Positions 40,814 through 54,869 of a DNA stretch of 64,000 bases are shown piece after piece (the first letter of the stretch is position 1; every line of letters begins with the position of its first letter). The notes beneath the pieces were generated by a model that was not told the origin of the DNA, did not search any database, and saw only the letters and a program-made list of their open reading frames with translations. Both the position numbers and the translations under genes were made by a program. The DNA is from Basidiobolus meristosporus CBS 931.73. Its lineage: Eukaryota; Fungi; Basidiobolomycota. The stretch is from positions 106,904 through 170,903 of the forward strand of contig MCFE01000105.1 of assembly GCA_002104905.1 (NCBI GenBank), written 5' to 3'.

Positions 40814-42079
40814 ATGGAGCTGGGCTTAGAGCGTATTGAGGCGTTGTTAGTGCACTTGGGTTCGCCGCAAAATTCCCTGCCAGTGATCCACGTCGCTGGC
40901 ACCAACGGGAAGGGCTCAGTCACTGCATACCTGGAGGGGGTTTTGTTAAAGGCTGGCTATACCACCGGTAGGTTCAACTCGCCCCACTTGCTGGAGCCTA
41001 GGGATTCCATCCGAGTGAATGGGAAGCCCATAACTAAGGCAGAGTACGAAAGCACTCTGGAGACCATACAAGCACTGGAGAAGAAGGCCCAGCTGGGCGT
41101 CACCCAGTTCGAGATGCTAACCGCGGCGATGTTTTATTTATTCAAAAAGCACACCGTCGACTACGCCATTATCGAGGTGGGCTGCGGTGGTCTATTGGAC
41201 GCCACCAACGTCGTCACCAACACGAAGGTGGCCGTGATCACTCAGATAGGACTGGACCACATCGGTATACTAGGGAATACGTTGGAAGAGATCGCGTTCC
41301 AGAAAAGTGGGATACTGAAGCCAAACTGCCCAGCGGTTGTTTGCGAACAAACTGAGCCGGTAGTCATGCCGGTGCTCGAGAAGCGGGCCCGGGAGATGGC
41401 GAGCGAGGTGATCCTTGCCAGGCCAGCCAGAAGGGTGAACCCGAATCTTGGTGAGGTGGAGTATATAACCGCGGAGGGCCAGGAGTCACGCCTTCAATAC
41501 CCAATACCTCTCCTGGGTGATATCCAGTTGGAAAATTCCGCGGTGGCGGTGCACACTCTGTTGCTTTTGAGGAGTCTGGGTGCTCATATCACTGACGACG
41601 ACATCATCTCTGGTATGAAACACGTAAGTTGGGCAGCTAGGTTGGAGTGGGTGGAGACCAAGACCAAGGCAGGCAGGATCTTATTGGACGGAGCACACAA
41701 CCCACCCGCTGCCAAGGCTCTCCGCGAATACGTCGAAGGCTACCTTGTAGCTAACAACCTACCATCTACCACGCCTGTCCAGTGGATATTTGGCGCCACC
41801 CGAGGTAAAAACGTGAACGAGATCTTTTCGTATTTGTTGAAGCCGGGGGATTCCGTCTATTGTGTGCCATTCTCGCAGCCCGAGAACATGCCCTGGATAT
41901 CCTGCATCCCACCCAAGGAGATTGAAGATTCCCTGAGGGATAGCTCGGTCCACACAAAAGCCTTCAACGGAGTTGTGGCTGCCCTAGACGACGTCGACCC
42001 TCAAAAGTTCCCTCTGGTAGTCATGTGCGGCTCACTGTATTTGGCGGCGGATTTCATCCGAGCCCGAGACCTTGATTAG
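40814..42079 (+). CDS. Dihydrofolate synthase/folylpolyglutamate synthase (FolC family, Fol3-like), intronless
   Basis: MELGLERI, IHVAGTNGKGS, GRFNSPHL, IEVGCGGLLDATN, LLDGAHN, CGSLYLAAD. Confidence 0.93.
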   Translation: MELGLERIEALLVHLGSPQNSLPVIHVAGTNGKGSVTAYLEGVLLKAGYTTGRFNSPHLLEPRDSIRVNGKPITKAEYESTLETIQALEKKAQLGVTQFEMLTAAMFYLFKKHTVDYAIIEVGCGGLLDATNVVTNTKVAVITQIGLDHIGILGNTLEEIAFQKSGILKPNCPAVVCEQTEPVVMPVLEKRAREMASEVILARPARRVNPNLGEVEYITAEGQESRLQYPIPLLGDIQLENSAVAVHTLLLLRSLGAHITDDDIISGMKHVSWAARLEWVETKTKAGRILLDGAHNPPAAKALREYVEGYLVANNLPSTTPVQWIFGATRGKNVNEIFSYLLKPGDSVYCVPFSQPENMPWISCIPPKEIEDSLRDSSVHTKAFNGVVAALDDVDPQKFPLVVMCGSLYLAADFIRARDLD

Positions 42080-42392
42080 TCTAGTTTTTTTTACATGAAT
42101 GAAGAATGCACGAATTTTCAGTGGTTGTTTGTTAGTCCATGTCAATACATGCTCCATCGAAGGAATAATCAAACAGGGGAATTTCCCTGCGCACATGCTC
42201 GACGAGGGAAAGTGGTTGAAGGAGATATGTACAAGAAGTACGATGCACATGATTTCACAGTGAGCTTGTGAAAGAATGGCATAGTTTTGCACATCGTTTT
42301 ACATACTGCCTAGTATAAATATGGTTGACGCTGTTGCGTTCCTGGCCACTTATTTATTTCACACTCTCCATCTCCGTTCGGCACCAGAAAGC

Positions 42393-42881
42393 ATGTCAGT
42401 TGGGAATTCAGTGGTTTCCGTATGTTGTGCTTGGATTGACACGGGGCTTTCTGTCATTTAGGTCTCCGCCAAACCCACAGCACCCGGATCTAAACAAAAC
42501 AGCACAGGTCAAGAATCAGGTGGATGAGGTGGTAGGCATCATGCAAGATAACATCGAGAGGGTTATGGACAGGGGGGAGAAGCTTGATGTGTTGAGTAAT
42601 AAAGCAGGTGAGATACCATGCGATCAACCAGTCCTTAGATCCATATTAACCAGACATCTCTAGAGGACCTCGAGCTCGGCGCACGGCAGTTCAAGAAAGG
42701 AGCCAACAGAGTTAGAAAACAGATGTGGTGGAGAGATATGAAGCTACGTCTGGTGATACTGGCTATTGTGGTTATCCTGCTGATCGTTATCATAGGTAAT
42801 TAAAGTCATTCCCATTCCGACAACTTGACTGTGACGTTAACTAGCCTTGCAGTCCCCATCGTGGTCAGAAACCGCACGTAA
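42393..42881 (+). CDS. Synaptobrevin/VAMP R-SNARE (Snc1/2-like), 4 exons
   Basis: VKNQVDEVVGIMQDNIERVMDRGEKLD, FKKGANRVRKQMWWRDMK, C-terminal TM segment. First exon is uncertain. Confidence 0.9.
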
Positions 42882-43071
42882 GAATGCCCTTTTTGTCACG
42901 AAGTAATATATCCTTCCTTTTTGACTGTCAAATATCACCGGAGCGGCTAGGAGCAACGGTAGTAGATTTATTGAATGCAAATGTATAATGAATTGGTGCA
43001 TGGCTGGTAACTAATAAATACAATGATGAATGTGCAATGAGAAAGTGCTGGAAGATATATATATGTACAAA

Positions 43072-44572
43072 TCAATTGTCGTATCTCTTGTAGGACAAAA
43101 ACCTCTGGGAGGGCTGAGATATGGGCTGGAAGAAGTACCCGGACCGCCTTTGTAACTCGGTGCACACCGACTTCACCAGTACGAAATTCATATTCTGATG
43201 AACGTCAAGAGTGAATTTACGGAGACCGTTCGTGGAATCCCGCAGATGCTCCAGGAAGTCATTCTGCATCTCATACCCTAGGAGACTGACCTCTCGAAGA
43301 TTACAGAAGAACTCCTTTCGGACAGGCGTTTGAATGGGGGTTGCGATTTGCTGGTTACGATAGATTTTCAATGCCTGCGGCCTGCAGAGCTTCAAGACTC
43401 GCAAGAGAGAAGGTGCTTCGAGCAAGCTGCTGCTCACCTCTATATACTCTAGTTGTTCGGCTAAACTGTTGACGATATGAAGAAACGACACATCGTCAAA
43501 GTTGGTTGCGTTGATGATGAGCCTACGAAGTCGCGGACAGGTTCGACTTATCAACTCGCCCAGCTCTACTGGCAAGAAATGATTCTCCAGCTGGAGGGTT
43601 ACGAGGTTCTCGCCACAACTATTCAAGAGCTGGTAGAAGGAATGAATGTCGGGAATGATTTCGTGAGGGGTAAACCATGAGAGCTTCAAGGTGGTCAATG
43701 CGGGCGATAGAGTGTTTGCCAAATTCAAGAACGCTTGGGAGGTGAGCCCTACTCTAGCCAGTTTGAAGTAGGTCAAGTCGGTCCAAGGCATACCACTAAA
43801 GCTGATCGGGACTTCGGGGTTGCGCGATTCACCAGTGAATTCCAGGGAAAATTCCTGTAGGTTGGAACAGAGACTATACCACATATTTTGCACCAGTCCT
43901 TCGATGCGAGACGCCCTCTGCTCCTCGGTCGCGTCCACCAATTGCGGGTCACTCTCTTCTGTATTCCAACGGATGAAGAGGGCTCTGAGCTGTCTTGTTT
44001 GCGGGATGCCGGGCACCAAAAACCCGAACGGGAGACCGGAGAGCTCCAGAGAGAGAGATTTGAGGAGCGGGGATTTGTGTAAGAAGCACCCTAAACGGAA
44101 GATATCCCACGAGGTGAAGTTCATGACATAGTTACGAGCCTCACGCAGAAGCGGAAAGTACAGGTCGTGCTCCTCCGCGTGAAGCAGCCAGTTGTACTCC
44201 TCCGAGCCGAATACTTTCAAATTTACGAATTGGGTGAAGAGTTTCTTCGATATCAAGATTTCCAGAAACTCCTGTTTTAAAGCCAGCTCCTGGACATACC
44301 GCAATTTACTCCCTATGAGAAGAGAAGAATGAGTAATGGGCCTTCAAAGAACAAGGGGGCTAGAAAAGAGACTCACAGCTCAACTCGGGGTGCTTGACAA
44401 CGTCCAGAAAGAGCTCAAATGACTCCGTGTCGTGAAGCACCGGCTTGTACCAGAGACAGGGAGTGGCCACCTTGGTCCAAGCTTTGTTGACAAGGCAGCA
44501 GGTGGCTAGGTCGTGCGATTTATCCAGCCAGCCTATGATTTCGTGAAGAACTTCAATTGGAAGGCTGTTCAT
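43072..44572 (-). CDS. F-box/LRR-like protein (2 exons), paralogue of 8442-9969
   Basis: MNSLPIEVLHEIIGWL...CCLVNKAWTKVATPCLW. Phase-1 intron at the equivalent position, then SKLRYVQ and LRR-like repeats. Confidence 0.8.
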
Positions 44573-45523
44573 GTTAACCAGAAGATTTCAAACGAATGGA
44601 GGAGATGCCAGAGGCGGTCTTTTATGACCATGCTACAACCGTCACTCCACACCTAAAAGCCAGCACGACAACTCAGATGAATTGCCCAATTTGGAAGGCA
44701 GTCAGATTCATGGCTCATATGACTCTCAACCTCTGATCACGCCATTGGACAGCAAGTAATTTGTGATCATCTTGTGCTGATGCGAGAAGGAATGTAGGGG
44801 CGCAATTGATCCAGTAGTGGAGATAATCGGAGGATCTCATGTAATGCGTTTGAAACCACTTTCCTATGTCCACTTGGTGTGTTCAACCAGTAGCAGGTAG
44901 CCAGAAACTGCTTGCCACCAAACCCCAATCAGGGGATTTTCATGATGCATAACAAAGTTTGTGCTTTGTACTCTATCCTGTCCATCGCAAACATGTGAAG
45001 TGTCCTGAGTCATGATTGCTCCAAAGAAGTTGTCGCACCAGCCATTCCGGAACATCGAGAGAGTGGTTAAGTTATGCCGAGTGCGGGTGAAAATGGTTAT
45101 CTCCGAGGATGTCGGAGTTGTTTCCAGTCAATGCGTTCAGCGGATATAGCCTACAATTTATCCATATTTACCCATATTTACCCACATCTCCTTCATTAAA
45201 CCTGCCCAGCATAAAGTCCAATCCATTGGCCGACATTTCCAAAATTATTCATTTGAGGCTTCACTCCAGCTCCGCCTTGATTGCTCGTATATCTTCTTTA
45301 GTCAATGCATCCAAATAGGCATGATTAAAGCAAAAGTATGATTGACTCATAAATATCTACTTGTCTGTTTTTTAGGACACCCCGTTTCCTGTCCGATCAT
45401 ACTTTTGACAATCGAATCGCCACCCTCTTTTGTGAAGTCATTATTCTCCCAGCACCCCAATAACATAATCCTTAAGCTCCCACCACAACAGCCACCTAAT
45501 CTCCTCTGCACGATCCCCTCGCC

Positions 45524-46423
45524 ATGGCTGAAGCTAGACTTAATGTTTTCCCCACTCGTATGTATGTACCGGCATTTACCGACCTTGGCTTTATCGCTGC
45601 GAGGCAAATATTTCCCCGAAGGAGGGTTTGGTAATAACAATCGACTTCCATTTAGGGCACAAACTGCCATGAAGATCAAGCTTAAGGGAGCGCAAACTGG
45701 CCACAGTCTCTTGAAGCGTAAGAGTGAGGCGTTGACCAAGCGTTTCCGTGGCATCATCTCCAAGATTGAGGAGGTAAGGATGCTTTCCTCGCTTTGCTGC
45801 AACGTAGGTCTCATAAGCCATCTATTTCTACCCTAATAATCTAGGCCAAACTCTCTATGGGTAAGGTTATGCAAGTTGCTTCCTTCTCACTTGCTGAGGT
45901 TTCCTACAGTACTGGCGATATCAGTTACCAAGTACGTGAGAGTGTGAAGTCTGCTCAACTCAAGGTTCGCGCTCACCAGGAAAACGTCTCCGGCGTTATG
46001 CTTCCGGTTTTCGAGTCTTATTCCGAGGGCGCCAATTCGTTCGAACTGACCGGTCTAGGCCGCGGTGGCCAGCAAGTCCAAAAATGCAAGGATACATATA
46101 TCAAGGCGGTGGAAACCCTTGTAGAGCTCGCTTCACTCCAAACCGCCTTCGTGATTCTTGACGAAGTTATCAAGCTTACAAACAGACGCGTCAACGCCAT
46201 CGAGCATGTAATTATCCCCAAGGTGGAAAACACCATCAAGTACATTGCCTCCGAATTGGACGAGCAGGATCGTGAGGAATTCTTTAGATTGAAAAAGGTG
46301 CAGGGCAAAAAGAAGGAGGCCAAGGCCGCTGACGAAATCAAAAGAGCAGAAGGCGAAAACGACGAGGATGCACCCGTCAAGAACCTTTTGAGTCAAAACG
46401 AAGATGCGGATATTATCTTCTAA
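45524..46423 (+). CDS. VMA8: V-ATPase V1 subunit D, 3 exons
   Basis: [57 protein letters not shown]. Confidence 0.96.
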
Positions 46424-46737
46424 CCTACAAGATACCACAACGTAGTATTCTATCAACATGAATTCCTTTCCCATTTCCGAACTTATACACCCAACAATCG
46501 ATGTCTCGCTTTCCCCTAATATCCAATGCCGTTCTATAGTGAATCAAAATTGTTTGCTTGGGATGTGTTTGGCCTGTGTTTTGCTCGATACTAATAAATC
46601 ATGGTTAAAAACCTGATTTGTTTGCTCAACTTTAATCAATCAGGATTTCAATCCTTTCACTAAAATTGTAGTTGGTTTTTTTTCGAACTTTCATTGTCCG
46701 ACATACTTTAGGAGGATCTGGTGTGGTTGAATTTCCC

Positions 46738-49133
46738 ATGTGTGGCATACTCTTCGGATTAACAAGTGACCCAGCTGTACTGCCGGACCACTGGGACTCG
46801 CTCTCTTTGGCAAACCAGAAGAGAGGTACGATTTTTCGGTTTTTATTGTTCGTCTAGAGTTAGACCCAGCGTTCTTCTACCCGAGATCCGTGAAATAACT
46901 TCATTATTGCCGAGTAGGTCCTGATTCGCAAGCGCTCGTGAGCGAAACCCATCACAAAGCGGGGTTGCATTGGTATGGCGCGGTGCTACATTTACGCGGA
47001 GAGTACAATGTCCCACAACCAAGGGTTGAGACAGAGGGTGTTTTATGTTGGAATGGGGAGATTTTTGATGGAATTGAAGTAACTATCAGATGGTACATGG
47101 GGTTGGACGTCCATGGGTTTAATAGCGTTTGAAATATCTGTAGGTTCCTGTGGACACCAACGACACTGAACTGCTATCAAAAATGTTGAATGAGGCTGAG
47201 CTCACAGATGAGAGAGTTTTGCAAGTATTCAGCCAGGTCCGCGGACCGTATGGTTTCTTCTTTTTCGAGGTGAAGGGAAGATTATTTGTGACTTGGTAGC
47301 AAGGCTACAGGAGACTGAGACATGTTTGATTACTTTAGAGATCGACAGAAAGATTATGGTTTGGCAGAGATTGTCTGGGCCGTAGGTCTTTGCTTTGGCA
47401 TCTACCCAAACATTCAGGGGATGCATTCGTACTGTCTTCAGTCGGTCCTGAGTACGAATGCCCAGAAGGATACTGGGAAGAAATCCCAGCCAAGGGAATC
47501 TACTGCTTAGACCTGTCGCAAGGGTTTGATTTCGTATGTATTTGCTTGCCAAACCACTGTGCTAGCGTTTTTAATCATCAATCAATCACAGGAAAAGCTC
47601 GCCGACCGGCTGACATTGCATGAATGGCATTTTAATGAAGCTGAGCTTATGGTAAGGATCCCATTTATGTTCATTAATTTCAGTTAGCATCAAATTGACG
47701 TGGCTTGTACAGAGAATTCCCTTTGGAAGAATCAACACCTCCATTCCTCAAGAAGACGACCTCTTGAGCGTGGGTGAGGGAACGGAGATGCCAACACCAT
47801 CGGAATTGATGAAAGAGAAGGTTCAGACGCTGATCCAGACGCTTGGCGATTCGGTACGTCGCCGGGTGGTAAACATCCCAAAGGAAGGGTAAGTGAGAGA
47901 TGAAATCAGCCCACATTCCGGAATCCATCATAATAGTTTGAGCAGGCCGGTTACGCAGCCACGCTTGGGCATCCTCTTCTCCGGCGGAATCGATTGTATC
48001 TGTTTGGCTCTATTAGCCGATAGGTTCTTGCCCCAGGACGAACCGATAGACTTGTTGAATGTTGCCTTTGAAAATCCACGAATTCAAAAGCATGCCAGCA
48101 AGCCAAACAAGAAAAAAACAAGCGAGCAGGCGCCGAAAGCGAACTACGATGTGCCTGATAGAAAAACAGGGCGGCAGGGAGTGGAGGAACTAAGGTTGGC
48201 TCCTAAGATTGATTGCCCTTGCAAGGAAAGTAGTAACAGATGGGATTTTTCTTCAGAGGTGTAGCGCCACACAGAAAGTGGAATTTCGTTGAAATCAACA
48301 TTCCTTTCGAAGAAGCCATGGCAAAAAAAGATTACATCTTGTCCTTGATGGCCCCACTGAACACCGTAATGGATTTGGTGAGTGATGAGTGGCTTCGTCG
48401 TTGAATTCCAGCCTAATAATCATTTCCGGGCTTAGAGCATCGCCATGGCGTTTTGGTTTGCGTCTAGAGGAATTGGTAAAGTTCTTGGGTGGCTCGCTTT
48501 GTAACCAGAATCTTAACTGACATAAATCTAGGTGGAGTTGTCTCTGATTTAGAGCATCCGGATGTACTACAGGAGTACACAAGTCCAGCGAAAGTACTTC
48601 TTCTTGGTATTGGTGCTGATGAACAGTTGGCCGGGTACTCTAGACATAGAGAGAACTTCCGTCATAGAGGGTGGAAGGGACTTGTTGAGGAGGTATGTGC
48701 TAGGCGGTAATTTTCCTGTTTGCGGTGAGAGCTGAGCGATTTTGTACCAGATTCAATTTGATGTGGATAGAATCTCCACCAGGAATTTAGGTGGGTAAAC
48801 AGGTACACCGAATCTAAGTTCCTCTACTCACTTTAAACAATAGGTCGTGATGACAGAATTATTTCTTCTCATGGAAAGGAGGCCCGTTTCCCGTACCTGG
48901 ATGAGAAATTGCTCGGGTTTTTGAACTCGTTGCCCATCTACATGAAGACTGACATGCGGTTTGAACGCGGAATCGGTGAAAAGTTGCTACTTAGACTAGC
49001 GGCGAAAGAGTTGGGCCTTGTTAATGCCTCTAGATTCTGGAAACGTGCCATTCAGTTTGGAGCACGAACTGCCAAGATGGAGGATAACAAGGAAAAAGGA
49101 AATCATTCGTTGAAAAAAGAGATCGAACCGTAG
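46738..49133 (+). CDS. Asparagine synthetase domain-containing protein (ASNSD1/Yml096w-like), multi-exon
   Basis: MCGIL Ntn start, [52 protein letters not shown]. Confidence 0.9.
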
Positions 49134-49464
49134 TCACACACTCAACCATTTCCAAATCCCTATAATAAAGTCAGTAAGCCTATATTTGAAGTAATATTTG
49201 GCAGTTTGTAGTCAACATGCATTATATTCAAAGCAATATTTGGCAGTTTCCCCTGAAATAATCATGGTAGTCGCTTGCATGTCCACAATTGGTAATCGAA
49301 CAGCGTCACATCATTAGATAAGAAGGTTCCTGGGCAACTGGCAAAACAAACTTGACATCGCTTTGGACCAATCAACATCCATTTTCCATTGTTTACATCT
49401 CCAGTTGGCGGCAATATATAGCTCTCTGGACTGTCTTTTTGCTGCAACCCATCCTACACCACAA

Positions 49465-49704
49465 ATGACTCAACAACACCACCAAACCTACGAAGCCCAG
49501 CCAGCTGAGCAGCTACTGTTCAAGCATCGTTTGATTCAAAACACCAAGAATCACTTAACGAGCCCCACGGACAACCTGATGTCTCCATGCACTCAAAAGC
49601 TGATTGCCAAAAGAAACAGCCATGTACAATCGCTAAAGCCAAGGTCCCTCTCACAGACATTTGCCGCTGCCGCCGATGAGCTTGGAGGAAGCCAGCCTTT
49701 GTAG
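49465..49704 (+). CDS. Spo12/Bns1-family small protein (79 aa)
   Basis: SPTDNLMSPCTQKL matches the Spo12 family core motif. Confidence 0.7.
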   Translation: MTQQHHQTYEAQPAEQLLFKHRLIQNTKNHLTSPTDNLMSPCTQKLIAKRNSHVQSLKPRSLSQTFAAAADELGGSQPL

Positions 49705-50155
49705 GTTTCGAAGACAACCTAGAGAAGCCTTGCTGGATCAGTGAACATGTAAATATTCCTACTATCTCATTTCCTTAAGCTACATCTATTTTATATTTCT
49801 TACTATCGGAAGTCAGTCTACCAATAAATATACCTCAACATTGTTCTCGAATTAGACCATTGGCGGCACCCCGAATAGACCACGTAAAATCACTTACATT
49901 AGTAACAATTGGTTTCCGTTTGACATTATTATTCACCACTACTGAATAGCGCCAAGTTTGGATCTTTTCTGAATGGGGTCAAGTTCGGATGGAAGGCAAT
50001 TATTCTTAGTGCCCATCCCAAGTGTATTCACTACTATCATACGATTGCTCGTTTCGTTGTCATTCCTTTTTTTATTCACTTCCTTTCAAAAAAATAAACC
50101 ACCTTTCATCGACGGGGGAATGGTTATGCCATAAGCGATGTTGAATGGGTACCCT

Positions 50156-53100
50156 TTAGGCTGATTTATCGTCTTTGTTGGGGTCGTATATCTCCTCATC
50201 ACCCACCGGTGCCAAGTTTTCCTTCAGATTCTTCGCTTCATCATGTTGCAGTTCTCCAGGTTCATGGTTGCGCTGAACTTCCAACTCAGTCTCACCCGAA
50301 CCAAGCTTCTTGACACGTACTTTGGCTGTTTCTCCAGCACGTACACCGCCATCGATCAATAGACGGGCCAACGGATTCAACAGTTTCTTTTGGATCAATC
50401 GGTTCAGAGGACGCGCGCCGTATGCGGGGTCATAGCCATGGTCGCCCAACCAATCTCGCGCTTCCATATCAATATCCACCTTGATTTGACGATCACTTGT
50501 GCGTTCCTCCACTTCCTTGATTCGAACATCCACAATATCTCGGAGCGCTCTCTTGGAAAGGCGATTGAATAGCACCTACATCATTGGAATATCATGGTGA
50601 ATCCAGATACTTTACCGCATGGTTGGATCACCAAGTATATCGTATCACTTACCATTTCATCAATACGGTTTACAAACTCTGGAGCAAAGTTCCCGCGCAC
50701 AGCCTCCATTACGTTGTCTCTAGCGCGTGCACTCACAACGCCCTCCTTGTTGATATCGTGAACAAGCGCATCTGCTCCCAAATTCGAGGTCATGATGATA
50801 ATCGTATTCTTGAAATCAATCTTTCTTCCTTTGCCTATTTAATATTGAAAGTCAGAACCAGAGTTGAGGCAATAAAACTTGTGCTTGTGCTAGCTTCTGG
50901 AACGAAGGGCACATCTTGATTTTCTACTTACTATCAGTCAAAACACCATCGTCAAGAACCTGCAGAAGTATGTTGGAGACTAGAATTGGGAGAGAAATCA
51001 TATGTTAACATGTCACTATCTGCGTGGCAACATCCAGCTCAAATCCCATATTTACCATCTCTATGGGCTTTCTCCATTTCATCCAAGAGCACAACCGCGT
51101 AAGGCTTGCGTCGTATAGCTTCAGTCAACTCGCCGCCCTCTTCGTGTCCTACATAACCGGGTGGGGAGCCAATAAGGCGACTAACTGAGAATTTCTCCAT
51201 GTATTCTGACATATCCACTCGAATGATCGCATTCTCGGTATCAAATAGGAACTTGGCAATCGTTTTGCATAATTCTGTCTTGCCAACACCTGTTGGTCCT
51301 AGAAACAAGAATGAAGCAATCGGTCGAGACGGGTTCTGTAGACCGGCGCGGCTTAGACGGACGGCCTCAGCAACGGCAGTGATCGCTTCGTCTTGACCAA
51401 CAACACGCTTCGAAAGCACGTCTTCCATATGGAGAAGCTTCTCCCTCTCACCGCGCATCAAATTGGCCACGGGGATTCCGGTCATACGCGATACTACTCG
51501 AGCAATATCGTTTGATGTCACGCATTCGTGTATGAAGGATTCAGATTCATCTTCAAGCGAATTCTCCTTGGGGAGACGTTTTTCAAGATTCGGGATGACA
51601 CCATAACGAAGTTCTGATGCACGCTGGAAGTTGCCCATACGCTGCGCAGCTTCAAGATTGACACGCGCCTGTTCAAGGTCTTCTTTGACTCGTTTAATCT
51701 CGTCCAACTTGCTACGCTCCTCGTTCCACATCTTGGTCATCTTTTGGCTTTCATTCTGCTTTTCCTCAAGTTTTGCTTGCAGCTTTTCCCTGCGTTCAAT
51801 CGAAATAGCATCAGATTCTTTACGAAGCGATTCAAGTTCAATCTGCATCGTCATAATTTGACGATCTAAGGTTTCCAGTTGCTCGGGTTTGCTCTCCTGC
51901 TGGAGGCGTAATTTCGAGCATGCCTCATCTACAAGATCAATCGCCTTATCGGGCAAGAATCGATCGGTGATATATCTATGTGAATGAAGTGCCGCTGACA
52001 CAAGTGCAGAGTCAGCAATCCGAACACCGTGATGTACTTCATAACGCTCTCGCAGCCCTCTCAAAATGGAGATCGTATCTTGTACCGTGGGTTCCTCAAC
52101 CATCACCTGTTGGAAACGACGCGCTAATGCAGGATCCTGCATTATGTACTTGCGATATTCGTCGACAGTTGTCGCGCCCACACATCGTAACTGGCCACGA
52201 GCTAACGCTGGTTTTAAGAGATTTCCAGCGTCCATGGCGCCTTCGGACTTGCCCAGGCCCAGCAAGTTATGGATCTCATCCACAAACAGGATGATTTTCC
52301 CTTCTGCTTCCGTTACTTCTTTAAGAACAGACTTAAGGCGGTCCTCAAATTCGCCCCTGTTGGCCATTCCGTGGTGAGCATATCATATTTTCCGAACACT
52401 GAGCTAAAACTTACCGGTACTTAGCACCTGCCACCAAGCTCTGGTCAACAGTAATATTAAATTGCAGTTAGAAACAAACCATTTCACAAACGTTAGTGGG
52501 AGTGGACTTACACCAAGATCTAACGCGACAACACGCCTTCCTTGTATTGATTCGGGTACCTCGTTTGCAACAATACGTTGTGCCAAACCCTGAAATGGCA
52601 GGTTAAAAAGCAGGACATATATAACAAGCTTGATGTGATTCCCTTACTTCAGCGATGGCTGTTTTACCGACACTAGAATAAGTTGATTGAAAATGCATTA
52701 GTTTATAGTGTGGCACTAGAGTAACCTGTACAATCTTGTTGCTCACCCAGCTTCACCGATCAAAACAGGGTTATTTTTGGTTCGACGTGCTAGGCTTCAA
52801 GTCGTCAATAGGTTAGTCAACGGCCTATAAACCGATCGTTACCAAGAGTCTTACACTAAAATCATGTTAGTACCAAGCCTGAGCAACACGTCTGAGGTTC
52901 ATTTAAACTATTCCTACCTTCGAGAGTACGTCTTATCTCTTCGTCACGGCCGATAACAGGGTCTGTATAGAGATAGTTCGGTTAATATGGCGTAGACCAA
53001 AAGCAGTCAGCAATTTTATTGAAAGAGCCACGCAATATGCTTACCCAGTTTGCCCTTTTCTGCCATTGCTGTTAGATCAAGTCCCTACAAATACCACATA

Positions 53101-53528
53101 GAGTTCAGGAAAGCAGTAAAACGCTATATGGTTCATAAAGCACGCATACAAATTGCTCCAAGGCGCTTTTTTGCTCCTGTTGTTGGTTTGGATCTAAACG
53201 AAAACCTCCGGGCCCACCTCTTGGAGTTCCTCCTATTTGATTCAACCAAACAGAATTTATTGAACAAAGTCATTCCAGGAAACCCGATTTTTACAAACAT
53301 CAACCTACCAGAGTAGAAGCGCTTAGCACCAAGGGCCAAAGGCGCTGCCCAGAAATGACTATGCCGAACGGACGCCGAGATTCCAGGACGTAATAAAACA
53401 CACCCCCGAGCTCGTGCGGAGCTTACCCTACTAGTTTCTGGGAACACACGTTTCGAAACGTTTAACTTTGTTAAATTTTCAAGTCCCGTCGACTTGAGAA
53501 TACGGCGTTGACTGGCTCGCAACATCAT
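50156..53528 (-). CDS. HSP78: Mitochondrial ClpB/Hsp78 disaggregase, multi-exon
   Basis: Presequence-like N-terminus with no ClpB N-domain. NBD1 (FVDEIH, RCVGATT), middle domain, NBD2 ([21 protein letters not shown]), YGARPL. Confidence 0.94.
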
Positions 53529-54178
53529 ACAAACAAAAAAATGATTGTCAAACGCGGCCGGTTAATTGGCATTTATATTGCTAAAATCATCATGCCACCT
53601 ACCGAGCTGGGCAGATTTCGATATTATTCTTCTGATGTAATATATAAGCCACATCTCATTTGTGGTGAGGTGAGTGATGTCATCAACACGATAAACCACT
53701 ACCACAAAAATAGAAATCAGCCAAGATAAAGTGCATTCATGGCTGTTCAATTCACATCAGTAGGCGATAGTGCTTTTCCTCGCTGACTTGGACATTATGT
53801 AGCATATCCAGGCGAATAGCAGCTACAACAGTCAAGTGAAGTCAAAGGCGCAGAGAATTGTCAACTCACGGAGTCTTTGTTTACCTGCTTAACATCCAGG
53901 CCGCCATTCTGGAAAATCGATATGCTTACTTCCCTAAAGTATGTAGATGAAACACCATTGATGATGTCCCCTCATGCAAATCATCTTTGACCTAGCTTGT
54001 TGAATATCCATGATTTGTGACTGGCCTGGTAAACATCGTGACACAATAAGGTAGTGCTATAAATGTATATCAGCCAGGTGTTTATGTATACTCTGTTGAT
54101 ACCACTTTACAGAACCAAAAAGCAAGTTTGATAGTAAGAGGGATTAATTTGCCAGTATTCTTACCAAAACTGCCTTTT

Positions 54179-54466
54179 TGTTGTAAATTTGGTAACCATA
54201 CCTAAATATTCCATTTACTTAGAACTTGAGCAAGATATTCAAAGACTCATGATCCAAGCCACCTTGTTGGGATTTACTTTGAATATCTTGCTCAAGTTCT
54301 TTGTTGGGATTTACTTTGAATATCTTACCAAAATATTGAGGACATGAAAATTCTGAAGGTTATGCACGTGTTCTCAGTCAAATATCCAACTTTTGCTAAA
54401 ACGCTCCGAAAATAGTGGTGTTTTCTTTAAAGCGTATCACAACCATGTCCTGACATTGTTACAATA
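54179..54466 (+). mobile_element. Degenerate solo-LTR relic related to the Copia LTR, in the opposite orientation
   Basis: Starts TGTTGTAAATTTGG..ACCTAAATATT..ACTTAG, like the minus-strand LTR start TGTTGTAAAAATTTG..ACCTAATTATT..ACTTAG. CCTTGTTGGGATTTACTT and ACATGAAAATTCT match the LTR. The right end is uncertain. Confidence 0.6.
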
Positions 54467-54869
54467 AAGGCAAACGGCGACTACTCCTTATTTGTCTTGT
54501 CTGGTTCAGCCAATTATACCAGGAATATTGGATTTCTATCCATATACTATTCTGCCGGATTAGCTATAATACCATAAAAGTGTTGCGAAGGTCAAAAATA
54601 ACAACACAAACCTATGATGTGCCATTTGTCCTCGGGCTATTCCATTGCTTTCTATGATTTAAATCATTGTGATATTCGTTATCAGTAATACCCAAGTATG
54701 ATGATTTTGGAGTGTGGTCATGTCGAGAATTTGTTTATGCTTTGGAGTTCCATTTGAAGTTTACTCTAGTAACTATTAGTAGAGGGAATCTGATGGCAGA
54801 GTATCCAGAACAGGTTTTCTATCACAAATACTATTAGAGTGGGTAGTTGAAATATAACGACATTACATC

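Noticed and set aside
44600-45340. Short minus-strand ORF pieces that might be a decayed gene
   Set aside because: Stops in all frames and no recognisable motif.
53760-53960. Minus-strand intron/exon-like pattern upstream of HSP78
   Set aside because: The translations are short and unrecognised. It may be a gene remnant, but I cannot support this.
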